64,000 bases of DNA from Octopus sinensis (taxonomy: Eukaryota). The stretch is taken from positions 22,816,001 through 22,880,000 of the forward strand of contig NC_043022.1 in NCBI RefSeq assembly GCF_006345805.1, read 5' to 3'. Of this stretch, positions 13,255-26,635 are shown in pieces (positions within the stretch are counted from its first letter, which is position 1; each line of letters begins with the position of its first letter). The position numbers and the translations under genes were made by a program. The notes below the pieces were generated by a model, which ran no database searches, was not told the origin of the DNA, and worked only from the letters and a program-made list of their open reading frames with translations.

Positions 13255-14136
13255 AGGTCCATGCATGGCTGCTCAGTGGGAAGTTTGCTTCCTAACCACA
13301 TGGTTCCGTGTTCAGTCCCACTGCGTGGCCCTGTGTTTGACCAGAGCCTTGTGAACAGATTTGGTGGATAGAAACTGAAGAAGCCTGTTGTGTATATCTA
13401 CTTGCATGAGTGTGTGCTTGCCCCCACCCCACTCACACACACACACTTGGCAACCAGTGTTGGTTCGTTTACATCCCTAAAAGAGACTGATAGAATAAAA
13501 AAAAGGTAAAGTTACCTTCTTGAGTCATAGCAACTCATAAGGGCTGGTTTCCTGTTTTTATGGTGTATATATTCCCTACCTGGACTGGACGCCGGTCCCT
13601 TGCAGAATTACTCATTTTTGCCAGCTGAGTGGACTGGAGCAACACAAAATGAAGTGTTTTGCTCAATTACATGTATTGGCCGGTCCAGAAATTGAAACCA
13701 CAATCTTACAATCATGAGTCCAATACCCTAACCACTAAGCCATGTGCCTCTACACTGATAGAATAAGTACCATGCTGAGCAAAAAAGAGTACTGGGGTCA
13801 ATTTGTTTCACTAAACCCTTTAAGGTGGTGTCCCAACAGGGCCACAGACTAATGACTTAAACAAGTAAAAGATAAAAGTAAAAGACACACACACACATAT
13901 ATAAAATCAAAATAAGAAAATTTAAGAAAAATTATACTCTTTTAATTGTTTCAGTCATTTGACTGTGGCCATGCTGGACCACCACCTTTAGTTGAGCACA
14001 TCGACCCCAGGACTTATTCTTTGTAAGCCTAGTACTTACACTATTGGTCTCTTTTGCCGAACCGCTAATGTTACGGGGACGTTAACACACCAGCATCGGT
14101 TGTCAAGCGATGGTGGGAGGACAAACACAAACATAT

Positions 14137-14169
<33 letters not shown>

Positions 14170-15545
14170 CGACGGGCTTCTTTCAGTTTCCGTCTACCAA
14201 ATTCATTCACAAGGCTTTGGTCAGCCCGAAGCTATAGTAGAAACACTATGGATTTGGTAGATGTAAACTGAAAGAAGGCCATTGTGTGTGTGTGTTATAT
14301 ATTATATTGTGGCACTCTGTCGGTTACAACGATAAGGTTTCCAGTTGATCCAATCAATGGAACAGCCTGCTTGTGAAATTAATATGCAAGTGGCTGAGCA
14401 CTCCACAGACATGTGTACTTTTAATGTAGTTCTTGGGGAGATTCAGAGCGACACAGTGTGACAATGCTGGCCCTTTGATATACAGGTACAACAGAAATAG
14501 GAAGAAAGAGTGAGAGGAAGTTGTGGTGAAAGAGGACAGCAGGGTTCGCCACCACCCCCTGCCAGAGCCTCATGGAGCTTTAGGTGTTTTTGCTCAATAA
14601 ACACTCACAATGCCTGGTCTGGGAATCGAAACTGCGATCCTACAACCGCGAGTCCACTGCCCTAGCCACTGCACCTCCACACACACACATATATATCATC
14701 ATCAACATCAGCATAGTCATCATTAATTAACATCCGTTGTCCATGCTGGCATGGGTTGGATAGTTTGACTAAGGCTGGTAAGCTGGAAGGCTGCACCAGA
14801 CTCCAGTCTGATTTGGCATGGTTTCCACAGCTGAATGCCCTTCCTAACACCAAATATATATTCTTTTATTCTTTTACCTGTTTCAGTCATTTGACTGCCA
14901 CCATGTTGAAGCACCGCCTTTAGTCAAACAAATTGACCCCAGGACTTATTCTTTGTAAGCCAAGTACTTATTCTAATGGTCCCTTTTGCTGAACTGCTAA
15001 GGTACAGGGGCATAAACATACCAACATTGGTTGTCAAGCAATGGTGGGGTGGGGGGACAAACACAGACACACAAATATATACATATATAAATATACACAT
15101 GCATACATATATATATATATATATACATATAGCAAGAAGTTGAGGTTATAAGAGATAATGGTGTCATTGAGACCCAAAGGTGTCAGGTAATGCTGAATAA
15201 GTGCTATAGACAGACTATAGTTAAGTTCCAGATTCGGTAATATTGCGAATAAAGGGTTCAACAGTGGTTCTATATCAGCGTGTGTATATAAGAATTTTTT
15301 TGCATAATAAGATAAAATATCAAGGCCGTGTATATATTAGAGCATTTATAGATAGGTCTTACAGCTGTTTCTAGGATCTTATCCTAGAAACAGCTGTAAG
15401 ACCTTCTATCTATAAATGCTCTGATATTTACACGGCCTTGGTTTTTTATCTTATTATTCAAAAATTCTTATATATATACACAAACACACACATATGATGG
15501 GCTTCTTTCAGTTTCCATCTACCAAATCCACTTACAAGGCTTTCT
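13255..15545. mobile_element. Mosaic of SINE A, SINE C and RTE 3' fragments in both orientations
   Basis: Segments match the family copies elsewhere in the window. Confidence 0.7.
15285..15474. repeat. Palindrome, ~93-bp arms and 3-nt loop
   Basis: Centre ...TTTCTAGGAT-CTT-ATCCTAGAAA... Confidence 0.9.
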
Positions 15546-16188
15546 CTCTCTCACATACAACCACTGTTCCCTCTCTTTAACTATACTCTGTCTTCTCTAG
15601 CTTCTGTCTGTCTGTCTGTCTCTCTCTTTCTCTCTATTGTATCTTCTCTCTTGCAAATCTCCAACCCCAGTTTTCAGTGCCTTCATCACCACCACCACCA
15701 CCACCACTACCACTGCCACCATTGCAATCATCATCATCATAATTTCTGCCCTCCTCCTCCCCCACCTCATCATCATCACCAATACCACCAGTACCAGCAC
15801 CAACACCACTCTCACTACCATCACAATCATCATTGCAACCCCACACCCCCACTACCAACATCATCACAACCTCCAGCTTCACCGCCATCACCACCACCAC
15901 TACCACAATTACAATCACCGTGAACATCATCATGATCATTATCCTCATCATTCTCATCATCATCACCGCCATTATCATTACCACCACCATTACCATCACT
16001 TCCACCATCACCACCTCCACCGCCACCACCACCACCTAATTATTTCTTTGAACTAAAAAAAGCTCCAATAAGGATCAAGATTTATTCTTTTATTTCCCGT
16101 ATTGTGGTTATTCCTTTAAATCTAAGCGCATACATACATACATACATATCTATATTTAAATATCATACATATACAGCTGATGTACATA

Positions 16189-16220
<32 letters not shown>

Positions 16221-16412
16221 CATATATATACATATAATATATATATATATACATATATATATATAATAATACATATATATATATATATATATACTATATA
16301 TATACTATACATATTATATATATATATATATTATATATATATACATATATATATATACATAATATATATATATACATATATATATATACTATATATATAC
16401 ATATATATATAC

Positions 16413-16451
<39 letters not shown>

Positions 16452-16486
16452 CACACATATATATATATATACACATATATATATAT

Positions 16487-16524
<38 letters not shown>

Positions 16525-17156
16525 TACACATATATATACATATATATATATTATACATACATACACATATATATATATATATACACATATATATACATTA
16601 TATATACATATACATACATATATATACATATACATACATATATATACATATATATACATATACATACATATATATACATATACATACATATATATATATA
16701 CATACATATATATACATATACATACATATATATACATACATATACATACATATATATACATATACATACATATATACATACATATATATTATACATACAT
16801 ATATATATCTACATATATATATATACATACATTATATATATACATATATATATATATACATATATTATATACATATATATATATACATAATATATATATA
16901 TATAACATACATATATATATATACATATATATATATATACAATATATATATACATATATATATATATACATATATATATATACATATATATATATATACA
17001 TATATATATAACATACATATATATATATACATACATATATATAATACATACATATATATATATACATACATATATATATATACATACATATATATATATA
17101 CATACATACATATATATATATACATACAATATATATATACATACATATATATAATA

Positions 17157-17189
<33 letters not shown>

Positions 17190-18500
17190 CATTCACGCAC
17201 ATGCATGCACAATGCACGTATTTATAGTCATCCTGTTTTACACAGACTTCAACATTAAAACGCTGTCTTCATCTCTTTTTATTCTGTAGAATAAAATATT
17301 AAAAATACTCTAATGATTCTTTACAATTCTTCACAAACACTTTATTATGTTTTATAATGGAAGAAGCAGAAGAAGAAGAAGAAGAAGAGAAGAAGAAGAA
17401 GAAGAAGAAGAAGAAGAAGAAGAAGAAGGAGAAGAAGAAATTATAATGATGATAATAATAATGATGATGATGATGATGATAACGATAATAATAATGATAA
17501 TTTTTAGAAATCATATTTCTTTCTCTTCTTGTTACTGTTTTCAAAAAGAAACCTTTGTTGTTATTATTAGTGTTGTTGTTGCTGTTGTTGTTGTTATTAG
17601 AAATTTTCTTTAGATTTCAGGAACTCTTTAAGCTGCTGCATTTTCTGGTATTCCATCCCAGTCAATTTGTCCATCATCATTACATTTCATAATCACCACC
17701 GCCGTCACCGTCGGAACCGCTGACGCTGCCACCACCACAACTACTACCATGACCACCACTACCACCAACATCACCATGATGACAACCACCACCACCAGTA
17801 CCATTGCCACCACCACCACAAACTACTACCATCAGCACCACTACCATTTCCACAGCCACCATAAACTTCATCACCACCAGCACAACAGCAACCAACACCA
17901 CCACAACAACAACCACTACCATCATCATCACAACTCCACCACCACCACCACCATCACCACTACTACTACCATGACTACCACTACCACCACCACCACCAAC
18001 ATCACCATGATGACAACCACCAGCACCACCACCACCACCACCACCAGCACCAGCACCACCACTACCACAACAGCCACTACCACCATCACCTCCATAGCCA
18101 CCATAACCTTCATCACCACCACAACAACAACAGCAACCAACACCACCACAACAACAACCACTACCATCATCACCACACTCCAACACCACCACCACAACTA
18201 CTACCATCACCATGTCCACCGCTGCTGCCACCACCATCACCACCACTGCCACCAAGACCACCAACTACCGCAGCAACAACAACCACCACTGCCGCTGCCA
18301 CCACCACAATCACACCACCATTGCCTCACCCCACCATCACTTCACCCCCATCTTGATGTATTTTTTCTATTTTCCATTTTTTGGGGTTTTTTTTATCTCA
18401 GCATTCATCACTTCCATTGAATTTAGAATTTTCAGTCATTGCACCATTGTGTCTCTCTGCACTTGTTGTTGTTGTGATTGTTGTATCACATACACAAATG

Positions 18501-18546
<46 letters not shown>

Positions 18547-18811
18547 TATGTATGTTTATATCCATGTTTATAGGCATGTGTGCATGTATATGTATCTATA
18601 TGTGTTTGTATGTATGTATATATTTATGCATGCGCATGTATGCATTTCTGTATATGAATGTGTGTGTTTGTGTATGCCTACGTATAAAGAAACATGTGTT
18701 TGTATGAGTTTTAACTATAATTTGTATGACATTTTATCCCTTAATACGCTTGTTATCTTTCTCTGTTTATCTGTCTGTCTGTCAAAGACAGATAGATAGA
18801 CAGACAGACAT

Positions 18812-18880
<69 letters not shown>

Positions 18881-19305
18881 CAGGCAGGCAGATAGATAGA
18901 TAGATATATAGATAGACAGACAGACATATAGATAGGTAGACAGACAGACAGACAGGCAGACAGATAGATAGACAGACAGACATAGATAAATGTCAATCTA
19001 TCTGTCTGTCTGTCTATCTATCTATATGTCTGTCTGTCTATATATCTATCTATATGTTTGTCTGTCTCTCTATCTATCTATCTGTCTGTATGTCTGTCTA
19101 TCTATCTATCTATCTATATGTCTGTTTATCTATCTATCTGTCTTTGCAAAATATTGTTACTCTAGAATTCCTCTCCCTGTTAATATTTTTCCAGCAGATG
19201 ATAACCTACAAACATTCAAGTGAAACACGAACATTAATGGCAACAATCCCATCAGTATAAGAGAGACTGCAAAGACCATGGTCTCTTCCTCTTCCTCAAA
19301 ATCCA

Positions 19306-20456
19306 GTATGCGCACTAAGTTTTAACATTCTACCTCACTTCCATTGTTTACAGCAGTGCTTGGAAGGAAGGTGTGTAGTGTGTGATTGTTTTTATTGACC
19401 ATAACAGAGAAAGTTGTCATGGTGGTAACTTACTTGTACTTGTACTTGTGGCGACATTCACCCTGGGCGGGTTGAGTCGGCTTCTTCTACCACCCTCGAG
19501 GCATCTCGAACCATGGCAGCCCATGCACGACGGTCCTGCGCCAGTTCACTGGAGATAGCGAGCCAGTCACGGTTCCATCAGCGCAGGCCAACCACCTGCG
19601 GTCCCGTGAGCATGGAGAGGTCCTCCTTGATCGTCGTAGCCCAGGTCTTTAGCTGCCTGCTCGTGCATTTCCGCCAGTTGGGAAGTGGAGTTGGGAGAAG
19701 GACATCACGGCTCAGCTCACCCACAGGAGGCCTACATGCATGGCCAAACCACCGCAAGCGCCGTTGCAGAAGGACAGATGGAAGGGGCCGCAGAGACAGG
19801 CGCAGTCAGAGATTGGCGGTGATAACTGCCCAGAGGCCTATGAAAAGTTGTAGAAAGTGTATGGAGGGTACATAAGTGTATGAGTGGTTCAGACGTTTCC
19901 AAGATGGCCAAAAAAATTTTGATATTCACAAATGTTCTGGGAGACTTGCAACCAGCAGAACTGAGAACAGAAGTGCAGATGTACGTGCAGCTGTGAGTTA
20001 TCAGAGGATGTGCAGATTAGTTACGGTTATGTTCAGGCCATTATCATCGAAGATTTCGGCATGAGATGTATGTCTGTCAAGTTTGTGCCAAAACCATTTT
20101 CATCTGACCAAAATGACACTTGGGTTTCAGTTGCACAAGACTTCCTTGATTTTACTGCGAACGATGAAAACTTTTCGAAAATTTTGCGTAGGCCTCTGAG
20201 CAGTTATTGCCAAGCTTTTGGCAAAATTTGATGCAGATTCTCTGCTCACCTTTCTCTGTTATGGTCAATGTAACAATCACATGCTACACACCTTCCTTCC
20301 AAGCACTGCTGTAAACAGCAGAAGTGAACTAGAATGTTAAAACTTAGTGAGCATACACAGCAGACTTCAAGGTCAATGTGTGCCAAACAGCTTCACTCTG
20401 CATGCTTTAGCTTCGTTACTATGGCAACAATCCGGATACTTATTGATCAGCCCTCA
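19306..20456 (+). mobile_element. Mariner derivative with an inverted copy of its own 5' end
   Basis: Plus-strand EAYEKL*KVYG, YEWFRRFQDG...SGR and KFVPK motifs. 20183-20456 is an inverted 5' end (EQRICIKFCQKLGNNCSEAYAK on minus) ending in the TIR ...TTATTGATCAGCCCTCA-TA. Confidence 0.8.
19428..19817 (-). mobile_element. 3' end of a second RTE family nested in the mariner
   Basis: Minus-strand LLQRRLRWFGHA...KTWATTIKEDL...AQDRRAW with a (CAAGTA)n tail. Candidate TSD GGTG(G/A)TAACT at 19421-30 and 19818-27. Confidence 0.85.
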
Positions 20457-20899
20457 TATATATATATATAACTCTGAAATGCTAGACTACCGGTTTTAAA
20501 TTGATATTAATCAAATTAATATCCATTTGCCCAAATGTCATGCAGTGGGATTGAACCTGGAACAATGTGTTTGGCAAGTAAGCTTCTTACCACACAGCCA
20601 CACACGACTACGTGTGTGTGTGTGTGTGTGTTTGGTACTTTGGGCAAGTGAATCTGAGAAGCATTTAATTTTTAAAGTTGAATGATGTTATCTTGATAAA
20701 CGTTTCATGGGTGAATCCCTACAGATGGCACTTGTTGGTTTTTCATAACAATGTTAGGAAAACATTGTTTTAATAAACAATAAGAAAAGCATTTAAAAAC
20801 AATAAATGTAAATGTTTAAAACGTTCAAGATGAGTTGTTTTTAATAAGATTATCATTTAGCGGAATTTTAAACCTTGTCTCCAGGGATGAAATATTTTT

Positions 20900-21450
20900 C
20901 AATATTTAAACATTTAACATTGTACACAGATGTAAATGTGGATATTTAGAGAGAGTAAATATAAATATTGACAAGTCTTTCATCTCAAGAGATGAGGTTA
21001 ATAGTCCGAGAAATGATTATCTTTCTGTAAGTCTACTCTTCTGTAAGGTGAAGTAGAGAATGACATCGGCATAGTAGATCACATGTAGCCTGATATGAAC
21101 TGTAATTATTGATTGATGTCGTATGTAGGGGGGGAGGTCCGGTTCTCATTTGTTGAATATTGTAGAACGAGGAGCTAAATGATAACTGGATTGTGGAAAT
21201 ATTTGTTGAACATTAAAAAATAATTACAGAATGAAAGAAGCTAATGAGGCCTAACATGGCCATTAATAGCTGAAGAAGCCGGCATTAATATTAGTGATAG
21301 GAATAGAAGGAAACAAGAGAAGCAAGTCAGAAAGGGGGAAAAATACCGAAATAACAACAAGAAAATATAATCAAAGAACAGCTACAGAAATATTAAATGA
21401 AATATTAGAATTTGAAATAATGAAAATTTCTTCGTATATAAAAATATGGA
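20900..21450 (-). mobile_element. Possible very old Penelope-like RT remnant
   Basis: Only faint motifs across frameshifts (IYYADVI, HSLLHLTEE, SFLGLL), in the expected order. Confidence 0.3.
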
Positions 21451-21807
21451 ATTAATGTTTGTATGATGGAGGAGAATAGCACGTTGGAGGAGTAGGAAAG
21501 GAAAATGAATATTATTCAATAGAAAAATGAAATTTAGTGAAGAATAAAAAGTTTTTTTGGGGAAAAATTGACTACAATGAATTATTATGTTTCGATAAAT
21601 AAAATGGGGTATTCAACAATAAAATGAGATGATTTGGGGACATGGGAATGGGAAGAACCAGAAGATTATGTAATCTAGGATTAAGGAAAATGGTATTACA
21701 TAATCCACAAATAAGAAGATCAGGTAAGTGGCTTACTCTAGTATAGGAAAACCAAGGAATAAGATAATCTGGGATAAGGAAAACAGAATATTAAATGATC
21801 CAGAAAT

Positions 21808-22900
21808 AGGGGCAAGAGTGGCTGTGTGGTAAGAAATAAGAAACGTTAGCATGCCGGGTGAAATGCTAAATAAAAAAAAGCCCCCTGTGGACAGTAAAGA
21901 AATAAGAAGCTTGCTTTCCAACTGCATGGTTCTGGGTTCAGTCCCACTGAATGGCATCTTGGCCAAGTGTCTCCTACTATAGCCTTGGGCTGACCAAAGT
22001 CTTGTGAGTAGATTTGGTAGGTAGAAACTGAAAGAAGCTCATTATATATATGTGTATGTGTGTATGACTTTATGTATGCGTTTGTCCCCTACCAATGTTC
22101 AATAACCGGTGTTGGTTTGTTTACATCCTGTAACTAAACGCTTTGGCAAAAGAGGACAATAGAATAAGTACCAGGCTTTAAAAAAGTACTGAGGTCATTT
22201 TGTTTGATTAACCCCTTCAAGGTGGTGCTCCAGCATGGCTGACATACAGTGACTGAAACAAGTTAAAGACAAAAGATAAATGATAAAAGATAGATAGGCG
22301 GAGGAGTGGCTGTGTGGTAAGTAGCTTGCTTACAAACCACATAGTTCCTGGTTCAGCCCCACTGCGTGGCACCTTGGGCAAGTGCCTTCTACTATAGCCT
22401 CGGGCCAACCAAAGCCTTGTGAGTGGATTTGGTAGACGGAAACTGAAAGAAGCCCATCGTATATATATATATATATGCATGTATGTGTGTGTGTATATGT
22501 TTGTGTGTCTGTGCGTGTCCAGCCAACATCGCTTGACAACCGATGCTGGTGTGTTTACGTCCCCGTAACTTAGCGGTTCGGCAAAAGATACCGATAGAAT
22601 AAGTACTGGGCTTACAAAGAATGGACTGGAGCAACATGGAATGAAGTGTTTCGGTCAAGAATGAAGTGTTTTGGTCAAGAACAAAATGCATTGCCCGGTC
22701 CAAGAATCAAATCCATAATTTTACAATAATGAGTCCAACACCCTAACCACTAAGCCATGTGCCTCCACTTGTAGTTGAGTGGACTGGAGCAACATGAAAT
22801 AAAGTGTCTCGCTCAAGGACACAATGTGTTGCCAAGTATCGAACTCACAATCTTAAGAACATGAGCTCAATACACTAACCATTTAGCCATGCACCTTCAC
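21808..22900. mobile_element. SINE cluster: two SINE A copies (+) followed by two SINE C fragments (-)
   Basis: SINE A heads near 21810 and 22297; GGACTGGAGCAAC...GTGT(T/C)TCG(G/C)TCAAG blocks at 22625 and 22780. Confidence 0.7.
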
Positions 22901-23189
22901 AATAATTCCCAACAACATTACTCACACAACACAATTTCCATGTGACCCACATTTCCACACAACATACCCCCAACATTTCCCCAAAACATTACCCACACCA
23001 CATACTTTCACAACACACCTTCATAACATTGGTTTCAAATTTTGGCACAAGGCCTGAAATTTTGGGGGAGGAGGGTAAGTCGATTACCGGCCCCAGTGTC
23101 CAACTGACACTTATTTTATTTTTGCGGGAAAAACAGTGCGTAAATTACACGGGCTTTTATGGTATACACACTGAATGGCTATGGAGGTC

Positions 23190-23463
23190 CAGTAGAATGT
23201 AACAGGAATCAAAGGGGTCCATAGGTAAAAGAATTGTTGAGAAGCACTAATGTAGGGGTTAGTATAAAATGAGGGCAACTCAGTAGAGTATAACAGGAAT
23301 TAAAGGGGTCCATAGGTAAAAGAATTGTTGAGAAGCACTAATGTAAGGGTTAGTATAAAATGAGGGCAACTCAGTAGAGTATAACAGGAATCAAAGGGGT
23401 CCATAGGTAAAAGAATTGTTGAGAACCACTAATGTAGGGGTTAGTGTAAAAATGAGGGCAACT
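23190..23463. repeat. 91-bp tandem repeat, 3 units, containing a hAT-like terminus
   Basis: AAAGGGGTCC at 23211, 23302 and 23393. Confidence 0.9.
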
Positions 23464-23792
23464 GTGATGGCTAATCTCTGCTTTACCTGTGAAAATGTTC
23501 CTGGAAGAATAAAAGGCAAAGTTGGCCTTGGTAGAATTTGAACTCAGGTCATAAAGTTGCATGAAATGTTGCTGAACATTTTGTGCAGCTGCTAACAGTC
23601 CTGCCAGCCTGTCACTCAGACTCTGCCATCTGCTTCCAATACGTATCTCCAAGATTTTCTTCATAACTTTATCCTCAGCATCAGTCCCTGATATTTAGCC
23701 ATAATAAGGTTCAAAGAAGTATAGCCAGAGATGCCAATCAAGAATTTTGATTAATTAGTTACTGCTGTAAATCACATTAATTATTTATCCCT

Positions 23793-24097
23793 GCGTCAAG
23801 ATGATTAGCAACTGCTCTATCGCAATAACAAACCACCACTATGTCAAGTTAATTGGTTATCACTGTGCCACATTAATTAGCTACCATTGTGTCACATTAG
23901 TAACCACTGAGACAAAGTAATTAGCAATCATTATGACAAGTTAATTATCTACCACTGTGTCATGTAAATTAGCAATTACTATGTCAAGTTAATTCGCTAC
24001 CACTCTGTCAAGTTGATTTAACTATTTTTGTTTCATGTTAGCCAGCAACCAGTGTTTCAAGTTAGCTACCATTGTTTCAAATTAATTAGTTATCACT
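23793..24097. repeat. Highly diverged 24-bp minisatellite, about 12 units
   Basis: Units approximate GTCAAGTTAATTAGCTACCACTGT. Confidence 0.65.
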
Positions 24098-24602
24098 TCA
24101 TAAATTTAGTTACTGCTCACTAAAACTAATTGACCATCATAGCAGCAACAACAACAAAATGAAACAAATTAACCCAGTGGTTTTCAACCATTTTTTTGCC
24201 TATGGACCCTATTAATTCCTATTTTACTCTGCTGGGCCTTTATAGTAATTTGATGCATAAAAAAAAAATCCTAGAAGTTTTATAATTAAATATTATAAGG
24301 AATGATGCAAAAAAAAAAAATTGTGTTTCTTTTTTTATTTTTCCTTGTTTCAGTCATTTGTGGCCATGCTGGAGCACTGCTTCGAAGGGTTTTTTAATTC
24401 AAAGAAATCGATCCTATGACTTATTCTTTGTAAGCCTAGTACTTATCCTATTAGTTTCTTTTGCTAAACGGCTAAGTAATGGGGGACATAAACACACCAA
24501 CATCAGTTGTCAAACAATGATGTAGGGACAAACACAGACACACACATAAATATATATAAATAAATAAATGGAGTTAAATGCAGGTTTTATTCAAATTCTT
24601 TT

Positions 24603-24690
24603 ATTTCTGACACATGTTTCGAAGATATCATTGGTATTATTCCAAAGAAATAAAATGGTCGAAACAATGTAATCTTCTCTTCAGGGAAAT
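24603..24690 (-). ncRNA. Type I hammerhead ribozyme motif, intact core
   Basis: Minus strand: AUUUCC-CUGAAGA-GAAGAU..AUCUUC-GAAA-CAUGUG-UC^AGAAAU; the stem I closing pair is a C-A mismatch. Confidence 0.65.
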
Positions 24691-24732
24691 GAAGAAATAA
24701 AACTCGTCAATAAGACATTTTAACAGAATGTG

Positions 24733-25022
24733 ATCATCATCATTTAATGTCTGCTTTTCATGCTAGCATGGGTTGGATGGTTCGACTGGGGTCTGGGAAG
24801 CCAGAAGGCTGCACCAGGCCCAAGTCTGATCTGGCAGTGTTTCTACAGCTGGATGCTCTTCCTAACGCCATCCACTCCGTGAGTGTAGTGGGTGCTTTTT
24901 ACGTGCCACCGGCACGGAGGCCAGTCGGGGCGGCACTGGCAACGACCATGTTCGGATGGCTCTCTTACGTGCCACCGGCATTGGTATCATAACTACAATT
25001 TCCATTGATGTTGATCGATTTC
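24733..25022 (-). mobile_element. RTE 3' end
   Basis: Reverse complement of 12770-13250. Confidence 0.8.
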
Positions 25023-26149
25023 AATATATATGTATATATATATATATATATATATACATCATTCATATATATGTGTGTGTGTGTTTCATGTTTTCTTATA
25101 ACACTTATCAGTTCTAAATTTGTTTCTCAGTATTTTTCTAGTTCTGCTGTTGTTAGTGTGTAGTAGTTTTCTATTTGTAACAAACCACCCCCACCTTCCT
25201 TGTCTGCAAGGCAGTTATATTCCATTGATATCAGGGATCAGGAAATTTTTCTAACCAATTACCCCAAAATATATTTATTTACACCAATGTTACCCCCTTG
25301 ATTTGAAAGGAAGAAAATCATAGATTCTTTGAATTCAAAAGGTTTATGGAATCTATTTATATGGAGAATACAATTATAAATACAAAAAGTATAAAACAAA
25401 TGCAATAAAATAAATTAATATCCTCATTATAAAACAAAAGGAGTTTTCTAGAAACATTTTCATTTCAGGTTTTGGAGAAATGATGTTGACAACACCTTAG
25501 CAACCAAATTGTTTGTAGTTCAAAATGGTGTGATGTCTTCTAAATGTGTCCATTACACTGGACAGATGCAGTGTTGTCAAAAGAAAAAAATTTGTTATAA
25601 CAAGGAACGCGTTTTTTTAAATAATTTTACTTATGTCTAATGAATCCTCATTACTCCCAAGAATTTTATTTTTATCTTACCTGGGGTTATTTACCCCAGT
25701 TTGCTGCCCCTGATCTCTATCATCTTTGAGGTGGTGACTTCAGAACACTGTCAGTAATTTCTTATTTCTTTATTGCCCACAAGGGGCTAAACATAGAAGG
25801 GACAAACAAGGACAGACAAAGGGATTAAGTCAATTACATCAACCCCAGTGCATAACTGGTACTTAATTTATTGACCCCAAAAAGATGAAAGACAAAGCTG
25901 ACCTTGGCAGAATTAGAACTGAGAACTTCATCTCACAGGTGGAGGAGGTCTCCTTTTTCCATACATGATCAACTATACCTGATTTATCAATATCTCCACG
26001 TGTCACAGCTTTAAATATAGAATTGTAGAGGCATTACTTGGTTAGAGCTACAGTAGAAAACACTTGCCCAAGGTGCTGCACAGTGGGACTGAACCCAAGA
26101 CCACATGGTTGGGAAGCAAGCATCTTACCCACACAGCCACAATCACACT

Positions 26150-26635
26150 TATAGTTTGTAACTAGGATGACAAGCATATGCAAACCTATTATCCTATTTC
26201 TAGCATTAAGTTTTTTGATATTAGCTTAACTCTTACGTAATAACACTTTTCCAATTTTCTCCTTCCTTGCCATGTCTTCCATTTTATAAGTTTCATCTAT
26301 TCCCGAATATCTCTATGGCTGGTTCTGATCTAATTCTCAGAATATTGGTGTTGATCTAATTTAATATTCTCATTCTAGTTAATTTGTTTCTTCTTATTGT
26401 AGCCTTGGCATATATATCTAAGCTCACACTCATTTTTATGTCTTGGCTGAATTGATGAACACTCTAGAATTGGCTTTTTCCACAGGGTATTAGCCTTGGT
26501 AAATGTTTTTAAGTCATCGACATAGAGAAGATGGTTTATAGTTCCTTTATAGCATCAATATCTATTGATGGCTTCGTTCAACAGGTTTGTTAATGGTATT
26601 AGAGCAAGGCAAAACAGTAAGAACAGAGAGATATC
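26150..26635 (-). mobile_element. Degenerate R4/Dong-like non-LTR RT fragment
   Basis: Minus-strand DISLFLLFCLALIPLTNLLN...TINHLLYVDDLK, matching the GDSLSPLLFCLALIPLS...NHLLYMDDLK pattern of that clade. Confidence 0.75.

Noticed and set aside
16104-17258. 384-aa Y/I/H/T ORF and similar ORFs at 42-43 kb and 53-55 kb
   Set aside because: Translations of (AT)n/(AC)n tracts with no domain content.
25233-25712. hAT-like MITE with CAGGG ends
   Set aside because: The TIR match is short and no 8-bp TSD was found.
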